A DNA stretch of 64,000 nt from a virus. The position numbers and the translations under genes were made by a program. Below the pieces are notes generated by a model. The model was not told the DNA's origin. It did not search any database and was given only the letters and a program-made list of their open reading frames with translations. Where the stretch lies: IMG/VR virus record IMGVR_UViG_3300049200_000099, positions 1 through 64,000 of that record; one strand, 5' to 3'. Positions 53,355 to 59,974 of this stretch are shown here, one piece after another (the stretch's first letter is position 1; each line of letters opens with the position of its first letter).

Positions 53355-54227
53355 GTGATTCTCGACGCCACAGACAAATCCATTGTAGCCAAAACGGCGG
53401 TTGCTCCAACAACCACAGCTCCCGTATTCTCTGTAGATTTTGATGACGAGGGGTCCACTCAAAAAGAAAACACCCTGACCGGAACTATCACAGAGGCTTT
53501 AACGGAAATTCTTGCCGCACCAACCCTAAACACAACTTCCGAGAAGGCATACCTAAAGCGCCTCAACCACCTTACGATTGCAAATACAGATACTGTTGAT
53601 GCAACAGTTAACATATATATTTTAGATAACTCCGGTATTCCAAAACAGTTATTTCAGGCAGTGCTGGAGCCTAACTGGACCCTTCAATATCCGTGCAATG
53701 AAGGGTGGGGTGTTTATGATGAGAATGGTGTTAAAGTTTTTTTTTTAAATGAAGGGATTTCTATTACCGGTGAAGTTGAAATTAAAAATGACTCTGGAAG
53801 CCCGGTGCCGGTAGTTGCTGCTGCCATTGAAGCTGTTCTTGCTGATATTTTAGGGAGATTAACGCTTGGCCAGGGAACAATGGCCAATTCGTTGCCAGTA
53901 GCTATAGCCTCGAATCAATCCAATTTGCCGGTAACAGATGCTAACCTTAAAAATAAGATCGGCGCCAATGCGGTAGTTACGTCTGTGGCAGGATCGGCAA
54001 CCGTTGTAGACGTTTTGGCGTCAAACGTAAACCGCATATCGTGCGTGATCAATAATGACAGTACAGCAATTCTTTATTTAAAATATGGGTCCGGAGCCGC
54101 CACAACATCGTATACACATAAACTCACCCAGGATGATTCTGTCATAGTTGACGATTATAACGGGCTCATAACCGGAATATGGGCTTCCGCGACCGGCGAT
54201 GCGCGGGTAACCGAAGTTACTTCATAA
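53355..54227 (+). CDS. hypothetical beta-rich protein (possibly structural)
   Basis: 290-aa ORF with a GTG start. No in-frame ATG occurs for ~175 codons. Confidence 0.45.
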   Translation: MILDATDKSIVAKTAVAPTTTAPVFSVDFDDEGSTQKENTLTGTITEALTEILAAPTLNTTSEKAYLKRLNHLTIANTDTVDATVNIYILDNSGIPKQLFQAVLEPNWTLQYPCNEGWGVYDENGVKVFFLNEGISITGEVEIKNDSGSPVPVVAAAIEAVLADILGRLTLGQGTMANSLPVAIASNQSNLPVTDANLKNKIGANAVVTSVAGSATVVDVLASNVNRISCVINNDSTAILYLKYGSGAATTSYTHKLTQDDSVIVDDYNGLITGIWASATGDARVTEVTS

Positions 54228-54243
54228 AACCACAATTTATTTA

Positions 54244-54251
54244 TATCTTTG
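54244..54251 (+). promoter_or_regulatory. candidate -7 box TATCTTTG
   Basis: TAnnTTTG match 23 nt upstream of the TTG at 54274. It overlaps two alternative hairpins. Confidence 0.35.
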
Positions 54252-54273
54252 TGGAAGTTTTTCCACATTTACA

Positions 54274-54660
54274 TTGACACGGGTAGTAAAAAATTTATTG
54301 CGGCCTCCCACAGTTCGTACGTCCAGCAGGGCGCTTAATTCTGCTGGATTTCAGCCAAATACTACCAGGCCATGCCTAGTGAAATATACAATTAGGATTC
54401 AAAGTACAATGTCCATTGCTGGGGGTCAAGCGGGGCTCGTTGAGCTTCGTAGCGACATTAATGCTACTCCGACCACCGTTCGTGCCGAAGGACGCGCAGG
54501 ATCTACTGGTGCAGTTTTGATTGGCGTTGCTATAAATGATGATTATACCGTTGTCCTATGTTACATGGTACCGGCAGGTCATTATGTTCGAATTGTAACC
54601 ACAAATATTACAGGAACGCCGACATTTACCCTTTCCCGACAAACAGAAGAGGACCTGTAG
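54274..54660 (+). CDS. hypothetical beta-rich protein
   Basis: 128-aa ORF with a TTG start. An internal ATG at 54409 is possible. Confidence 0.4.
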   Translation: MTRVVKNLLRPPTVRTSSRALNSAGFQPNTTRPCLVKYTIRIQSTMSIAGGQAGLVELRSDINATPTTVRAEGRAGSTGAVLIGVAINDDYTVVLCYMVPAGHYVRIVTTNITGTPTFTLSRQTEEDL

Positions 54661-54931
54661 TTATTAGCTCCGGTAAGTTTCTGTATGAAGCAGGAAAAGG
54701 GGGTCTGTAATTTGGAAATAGCGTAAGGAAGTATCCTGGTCCTACCGGTTCTTTTATTCCGTAATTTATTTTGGCCCTCTTCCTGTCAGTTAGATCAATT
54801 CTGTAACACTTGTAGCATAGGCTTAAACATCTTACCGGCCGGCACTTGCACCAAAGGCACAGAACAACGTCTGTCTCAACACCTATTTCATCAGCCGGCG
54901 TTCTTGACATTGAAATAAGCTTCGCGCTCAA
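54626..54931 (-). CDS. Cys-rich small protein (uncertain)
   Basis: 101-aa ORF containing CLWCKCRPVRCLSLCYKCY. It overlaps both neighbours. Confidence 0.3.
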   Translation of the reverse strand: MSAKLISMSRTPADEIGVETDVVLCLWCKCRPVRCLSLCYKCYRIDLTDRKRAKINYGIKEPVGPGYFLTLFPNYRPPFPASYRNLPELITTGPLLFVGKG

Positions 54932-55334
54932 TTTGCAACCACATTTTAGCTTCTTCGACAGCGGTTATAGCTGTGATCAGGTGTGTGAAGAACATTGCCC
55001 TGCCCTCCTCTGGAACCTTGGTATCGTATGCTGATCTGTAAAGTTCCTTTGTAGCGGAGATGTCAGCATCCATAGAATCACAAAGCTCATCGATCTGCTT
55101 GTGGTATTCTTCGGAGTCAAAATTATATTCCTCCAGGTTATTTGGCCAGGCTTGCTTTGTACCCATATCGCTGATTGTAAGAGAAAGGTATATCTTGCTC
55201 TTCATCATGCCGTGCATGGCTTTTTCAACGTAGCCATAGTTCTCTGGGAATTTTAGTAGAAATTTTACTAATCCGGACTCTGTTTTTTGCTGGAGTTTGA
55301 TTCTATTGTTGATCTGTTCTAAATTTATTGCCAT
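54891..55334 (-). CDS. hypothetical protein
   Basis: The ATG at 55334 (MAINLEQ) is preferred. The listed N-terminal extension to 55394 runs into a strong hairpin. Confidence 0.45.
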   Translation of the reverse strand: MAINLEQINNRIKLQQKTESGLVKFLLKFPENYGYVEKAMHGMMKSKIYLSLTISDMGTKQAWPNNLEEYNFDSEEYHKQIDELCDSMDADISATKELYRSAYDTKVPEEGRAMFFTHLITAITAVEEAKMWLQIEREAYFNVKNAG

Positions 55335-55455
55335 GGTAAATGTGTTTTTTAAGAACCCCCACTGGTGCCCCGGTTCGCAGAGAACTCTGCACATTCGTTC
55401 TCTACCTGCGGGGGCACCTGAGTTTTTAGTCCCGGATGTGCGTCCAGGCGGGTTT

Positions 55456-56202
55456 TTATTTTACTAACTTTTCTACTTTTAAATGTTCAAATTCTACGGT
55501 GTGATCGGTCATAAGTTCCGTTTCAACATAAAATTTGGCCCTGGTCCTGGCGTCATGATCATCATCGGCCATAAACACAGGAACTGTAACTTTTTTTGAG
55601 TCATCTCCATCCGGAGAATACGAGGCTGTAAACTTTTCCATTTCCCTGACTTCTATATTAAAAGATTTAACTTCATTGTCACCATGAACCTGAATGTTCA
55701 AAGAGTAAAACACCGCATACGCAATACGATGATTTGGTATCCGGAGTTTTGTTTGCCTGAATATATCGTTCTCCTGTTTCTCCAAAATAACCCACTCTAA
55801 AGGATCTTCATCATTGCGAAACAATGAAATTTTATCGTTGTACTTTGAGGTATATATTTTAGTGGGGTTATCTTTAATTGACTTAGGCCCTACGGTTTTT
55901 TTAAAGCCAAAGTCATCAGGGATAAATGGAGAATCTTCCAGTATATGTGTAATTTGATTCTCTGCAATTTTAAGCGCTTCCTGAAAGTCAAATAATCTAT
56001 CATAAAGAAAGTCTAACATTTCCTCATCACTCATTGTTTCTTTCATTCGCGGAAATGCGCCAGGCTCCACGCTCATTCGCACCCTGTTTTCATTGTCAAT
56101 AGTTAAAATCGGCCTAGAGACAAGTTGCTCTCTTGAGATGCTTTTTTCATAGGGATAGCCCTTGGTTGTACTATGGCCCGGTTTCCAGTTGTCTGTTATC
56201 AT
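55456..56202 (-). CDS. hypothetical protein
   Basis: 248-aa ORF. Confidence 0.45.
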   Translation of the reverse strand: MITDNWKPGHSTTKGYPYEKSISREQLVSRPILTIDNENRVRMSVEPGAFPRMKETMSDEEMLDFLYDRLFDFQEALKIAENQITHILEDSPFIPDDFGFKKTVGPKSIKDNPTKIYTSKYNDKISLFRNDEDPLEWVILEKQENDIFRQTKLRIPNHRIAYAVFYSLNIQVHGDNEVKSFNIEVREMEKFTASYSPDGDDSKKVTVPVFMADDDHDARTRAKFYVETELMTDHTVEFEHLKVEKLVK

Positions 56203-56380
56203 ATTTCTGTTTTTCTTTTAAATTTTGCAGTTCTTCTGTTGCTTTGTAATAGTTGCCGTGCAACTCACGGTAATGGTGCATGCCGATGCACATAAACACC
56301 AGCAGTAAAACTAAAATTCCAAAAAGGATGGAATTCCAATTTTTGAGGTCCTTTAGTTCTTGTTCTGTTTCCTTTGCCAT
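56171..56380 (-). CDS. small membrane protein
   Basis: 69-aa ORF with the helix ILFGILVLLLVFMCIGM. Confidence 0.45.
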   Translation of the reverse strand: MAKETEQELKDLKNWNSILFGILVLLLVFMCIGMHHYRELHGNYYKATEELQNLKEKQKYDNRQLETGP

Positions 56381-56384
56381 ATTT

Positions 56385-56834
56385 TCAGTTGTAAGGGGTT
56401 ACATTGCTATATAGAACGTTCCGGAGCGCCTCATCCATATTTGCCGGGTTGACGCCTTTGGGAAAAAAGTTAGTTGAAAGGGAATACTTGTCGCCGGCAA
56501 ACTTTGAATCCATCATGCCTTTATACCGGTATTTGGCAACATACACTTCCTCGATCGGCGAAGAGCGGTCATCCAGCAGTCTGTTATCTTTAAAGAAGTC
56601 ATTCATAACCTGATCAAAGTCTGTAAACGGCACGCGGATAAATATTAGCTGTCGGGATCTCAGTGTTAGCTGTGTGCGCTCGATCCAATCATTAAAGCCT
56701 TCGTATTTATTGTCTAGCGTTGTCCATTCAGCGACATCAAAAAGATTGAATACCATCATGCGCGATTGTGGTTCTCTGGTGGATTCATCGATCCACTCTA
56801 CCTGGGCCTTATATCTTCGAAATGGTGTTACCAT
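56385..56834 (-). CDS. hypothetical protein
   Basis: The ATG at 56834 (MVTPFRRYK) is preferred. The listed TTG-start extension covers a terminator hairpin. Confidence 0.45.
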   Translation of the reverse strand: MVTPFRRYKAQVEWIDESTREPQSRMMVFNLFDVAEWTTLDNKYEGFNDWIERTQLTLRSRQLIFIRVPFTDFDQVMNDFFKDNRLLDDRSSPIEEVYVAKYRYKGMMDSKFAGDKYSLSTNFFPKGVNPANMDEALRNVLYSNVTPYN

Positions 56835-56843
56835 TGTTTTTTT

Positions 56844-56906
56844 AAAAAAGAAGAGCGAACGGTGTATAGCGTGAAGGCATCCAGCACTATTTCGTAGTTC
56901 GCTCTT
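56844..56906 (-). terminator. rho-independent terminator (10-bp stem, large loop)
   Basis: In minus sense, AAGAGCGAAC-36 nt-GTTCGCTCTT is followed by CTTTTTT. It lies downstream of gene 56989..57258. Confidence 0.55.
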
Positions 56907-56988
56907 TGGTATGCCACATCCTTGGTCCCTTGGGGTAAGGACATAGCAATTTTTTGAAACTCCTGATGATGCCTTCAAAAGTTGGAGA

Positions 56989-57258
56989 TTATGCGACCGC
57001 TGTGGTGATCGCCGTTTTCAAGTTGGTAAGGCTTGTGTTCCTTGCTGCCGAAGTAGCAAAAGGAATAGTCACCGACTTGGTTGGGCCACCCTGGCTTCTG
57101 TATGTAATAAGGATATTAAACCTTGCGGTGTTTGCCGGCCCATTTGGATCGGCAGGGATATCCTGCGATACTGCATCATGAACATCATCAACATTCACCA
57201 ATGTATTAGGCGAAAGGGAGTTCGTAAAATTTACTGTTGGTTTTGCAATGCCTGACAT
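56989..57258 (-). CDS. hypothetical protein (apparently monocistronic)
   Basis: 89-aa ORF bracketed by terminator-like hairpins. Confidence 0.45.
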   Translation of the reverse strand: MSGIAKPTVNFTNSLSPNTLVNVDDVHDAVSQDIPADPNGPANTARFNILITYRSQGGPTKSVTIPFATSAARNTSLTNLKTAITTAVA

Positions 57259-57344
57259 GTCTTTAGTTTTTTGAGGTTATTGGCATAAAAGTAGTGTGAA
57301 AATTTCGTTTGTCCAAATTCTTACTCAATTTATAATGAGTCTAA

Positions 57345-57380
57345 ATAAAAAAGGTCCCAGGAGTGACTCCGGAACCTTTT
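57345..57380. terminator. possible bidirectional terminator
   Basis: A-run, an imperfect hairpin with core GGAG-tga-CTCC inside GGT...ACC, then TTTT. Confidence 0.3.
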
Positions 57381-57448
57381 CGATGTTTAAAACCCGTTTT
57401 TTACTATTACGGTAAAAAATATGGAAAAGAACGTGGGGTAAATGTAAA

Positions 57449-57479
57449 CAAAAAACCCGGAAGTCTATCGCCGGGTTTT
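57449..57479. terminator. bidirectional terminator after gene 57507..57812
   Basis: CAAAAAA-CCCGG-aagtctatcg-CCGGG-TTTT. In minus sense the stem is followed by TTTTTTG. Confidence 0.6.
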
Positions 57480-57506
57480 AAGTATAAAACTAAGGTACCA
57501 ACAAAA

Positions 57507-57812
57507 CTAACACTGTTTTATCGCACAATTTATAAGCCATAGCTTATCGGTCGGCAAAAGATCATGATTTGGTAGTGGCGTTGCTAAATAGTTTATACGT
57601 GTCCATTGTCGCATATACTCATCCGGTTCAGGGTTGAGAATAGCTTTATGGAGCTCTAAACTCAGATCATTATAATCCTTTTGTGTTTTCGAAAGAAACG
57701 CCTTGTCATCACTGACCTTGTAGTACTTACCTACATCGTTGGCATAGCTTACGCTTGTTACGATCGCCACCAGGCAACCGATCAAGAGAGTAGCAAAAAT
57801 TGATTTTTTCAT
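57507..57812 (-). CDS. secreted protein (signal peptide)
   Basis: MKKSIFATLLIGCLVAIVTSVSYA, then a mature part. A LIGC lipobox-like site is also present. Confidence 0.55.
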   Translation of the reverse strand: MKKSIFATLLIGCLVAIVTSVSYANDVGKYYKVSDDKAFLSKTQKDYNDLSLELHKAILNPEPDEYMRQWTRINYLATPLPNHDLLPTDKLWLINCAIKQC

Positions 57813-57832
57813 GTGGATAAAAGTACACGGAA

Positions 57833-57863
57833 TTTGTTAAATAAAAAAATATACCTACTTTTG
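57833..57863 (+). promoter_or_regulatory. consensus Bacteroidota promoter (TTTG-N19-TACTTTTG)
   Basis: -33 TTTG at 57833-57836 and -7 TACTTTTG at 57856-57863, with 19-nt spacing. Confidence 0.55.
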
Positions 57864-57867
57864 TTGT

Positions 57868-57963
57868 GTCATCTGGCGATGATCAAATAAAAATTTTCTT
57901 TTCGGGAAACCGAGCAAGCCCACTTCCAAATCCGCCAGATGACCCGGTGGGTTTTGTGTTTTT
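57868..57963 (+). ncRNA. promoter-proximal hairpin RNA with U-run (sRNA or attenuator candidate)
   Basis: 11-bp stem 57868-57878/57933-57943 encloses a GAAA-capped hairpin (57902-57913). It is followed by ACCC-ggt-GGGT and TTTGTGTTTTT. Confidence 0.4.
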
Positions 57964-58250
57964 GGGGGTATGCTGAACGGACAACGGTGGCGGCATACCC
58001 AGCAGTGAGCTACCACGGGCACACATAACTCAAGCGGCGGCAGTGAAAGGGAAGAGCCGGTGTGAATAGGGCATGAAAACCTATGCTAAGTTGATCCCTG
58101 GCTACATCATACATGTGTGGTGTAGTCGCGCACAGTGGCTGTTCGGCTCGTTCAAGCAAGCACCTGGCGTGAAGTTGCCAACAGAAGATCAAGCGTCTTT
58201 TGGTAGGGCACTTCACGCAGTGGCCCCAGGGCGTTCTCTCATTTAGCAAA
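57964..58250 (+). ncRNA. GC-rich multi-helix RNA element (unclassified; leader or stand-alone RNA)
   Basis: Helices: 57966-57973/57993-58000 (8 bp), 58100-58106/58121-58127 (7 bp) and 58167-58175/58210-58218 (9 bp). No plausible coding frame. GC is clearly above the flanks. Confidence 0.4.
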
Positions 58251-58323
58251 CCTTTTTCTTTAAGTAACTAAAGGTAACCAAGTCAATAAAGTTTCAAGCC
58301 TGCGATTTATCGGTAATTTTTTC

Positions 58324-58331
58324 TACATTTG
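58324..58331 (+). promoter_or_regulatory. candidate -7 box TACATTTG
   Basis: TAnnTTTG match whose G lies 6 nt before the GTG at 58337. Confidence 0.3.
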
Positions 58332-58336
58332 TTTCT

Positions 58337-58612
58337 GTGAACTCTGGATGGAGAAAACTACGTGCCATTGTGTCTGGTTTTAAGAACTACCGTTTTAAAA
58401 ACGAATATTTCGAGAACCTGGCAAAAGAAAGGGCTAAAGTGTGCGCCGCATGCCCCGAAGCTAATCCAGAACATCCGTTTAAACTATTACTCGATGATAA
58501 CGTAACCGTAGAGCCAATAAAGGGCATGGGATGCAAAATATGCAATTGTTACCTGCCGGCAAAGGTGAGACAGGCATTCGAGGGATGCCCCCTTAAAAAG
58601 TGGAAAGAATAA
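58337..58612 (+). CDS. Cys-rich (zinc-binding-like) small protein
   Basis: 91-aa ORF with a GTG start. It contains CAACPEANPEHPF...GCKICNCY...GCP. Confidence 0.45.
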   Translation: MNSGWRKLRAIVSGFKNYRFKNEYFENLAKERAKVCAACPEANPEHPFKLLLDDNVTVEPIKGMGCKICNCYLPAKVRQAFEGCPLKKWKE

Positions 58613-58652
58613 AAGTTATTAACAATTTAATATTAAAAAATAAATTTAACCC

Positions 58653-59456
58653 ATGAAAAGACAAGATGCCATTATCCTTGAATCTGGCCGCCGCCAAATT
58701 CTTATAGATCACGCCAACCACTTTTTTCAACTATATGCCGGTACAATGAATGCCCAGGCTAAAATAGATATTAAAGCCGCTGCAACAGAAGCAATCACCC
58801 AGCTTCGTAATATTGAAGCTGAACTTTTTGATACGCTTTCAATCGATTATACACAAGGTGTTTACGATTCTGATGTTGCCTATATCAGCAGGGTAGCCAT
58901 TCCGCAGCAAGCCCTGGAGGACAATATGAGTTACTTTGGCCTGGAGATAACGGCGATCAAAGAAGCCCTTGAAGAAGAAATTGAACAGTTGCAGTTTATC
59001 AAAGATGTCGATGGTGAAGAAAATGGTTTTGTTGATAAAACCGGGGACTGGACAACAGCCGAAGAAGATGCCATAGTGGCCCTGGAGGACCTTATCACAG
59101 CAATAGAAGCAGCAAATAACGGTATCATTACCGCTAATATTGATCTTTCATTCCCTGATACCGCAACATCTGCCACCAATGCGCAGGACATATTTACTGT
59201 TGCCGGATCTGGCCTTGATGGTGATATCACAATAACTAAAGTGGGCGCCACTGCTGATCAGTGGAAATTCATGGATGAAGGTGCTCCGGTTGATAGTTTA
59301 ACGTTCTCTCCGGTAGACGGCGTAGTGGATACGGAAACAATTAATTTCAGGTTCCAGCCAACAACCGAAGGAGTAAAGGATATTACAGTTCGGATATCTT
59401 CCCCAGGAATGGCAGACATAGACAAAGTGATCACCGGAACCGCTATTGCTCCGTAA
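58653..59456 (+). CDS. hypothetical protein (paralogue of next gene at N-terminus)
   Basis: 267-aa ORF. The N-terminus MKRQDAIILESGRRQILID compares with MKRQNEILTLSTQRQRLLD in the next gene. Confidence 0.45.
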   Translation: MKRQDAIILESGRRQILIDHANHFFQLYAGTMNAQAKIDIKAAATEAITQLRNIEAELFDTLSIDYTQGVYDSDVAYISRVAIPQQALEDNMSYFGLEITAIKEALEEEIEQLQFIKDVDGEENGFVDKTGDWTTAEEDAIVALEDLITAIEAANNGIITANIDLSFPDTATSATNAQDIFTVAGSGLDGDITITKVGATADQWKFMDEGAPVDSLTFSPVDGVVDTETINFRFQPTTEGVKDITVRISSPGMADIDKVITGTAIAP

Positions 59457-59475
59457 TATTTTAAAATTTTAATAA

Positions 59476-59970
59476 ATGAAAAGACAGAACGAAATATTGA
59501 CACTATCCACACAGCGACAACGTTTACTGGATGAATTTTTACAGGTGGTAGAAAAGTTTTTACTTAATACACAGCAATTTGATGCTGCTACAAAAACAAC
59601 TATTACTACCGAGGTTACAGATAGTATAAATAACTTTTTGGCAATTGAATATGAAATGTTTTCAGCTTTGCCTGGTTATGTTGCTGCCGATGCCTATGCC
59701 CCGCCTGGTTATATCGTAAATGAAAATGATCTTCCTACATTTCAGTCACTACAGGAAATTCAAACTCATTACACGGCACTGCTGGCAAAGCTGATAGAAG
59801 AAATGACACCAGAAGCGGCAGAAACAAAATACATTGTGACCGACGCAGGATCCGAAAATACAACAGCAACAAAAAGCGCAACCTGGCAAACCGCAGAATC
59901 AGATATTGTAACTTCCCTGGGAGTAATGAATACAACGATGATGGCCGATGATCCTAGTGTTGTAGTGTAA
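59476..59970 (+). CDS. hypothetical protein immediately upstream of terminase (small-terminase position)
   Basis: 164-aa ORF. Position is the only evidence; no motif was recognised. Confidence 0.4.
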   Translation: MKRQNEILTLSTQRQRLLDEFLQVVEKFLLNTQQFDAATKTTITTEVTDSINNFLAIEYEMFSALPGYVAADAYAPPGYIVNENDLPTFQSLQEIQTHYTALLAKLIEEMTPEAAETKYIVTDAGSENTTATKSATWQTAESDIVTSLGVMNTTMMADDPSVVV

Positions 59971-59974
59971 TAAT

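Noticed and set aside
58010-58249. 79-aa minus-strand ORF inside the GC-rich element
   Set aside because: It has a Cys/Arg/His-rich nonsense-like composition, no start context and no neighbours on that strand. It is a consequence of elevated GC.
57964-58250. Local resemblance to RNase P RNA (GUGAAAGGG..AAGAGC, CAGUGAGC, ACAGAA) and to the cobalamin riboswitch core (AGGGAA..GGUG..AAU)
   Set aside because: The P4-forming CR-I (GGAAAGUCC) and CR-V strands are absent, and the matches are out of order. The B12-box GCCACUG occurs only on the opposite strand. Short 8-9-mer matches of this kind are expected by chance.
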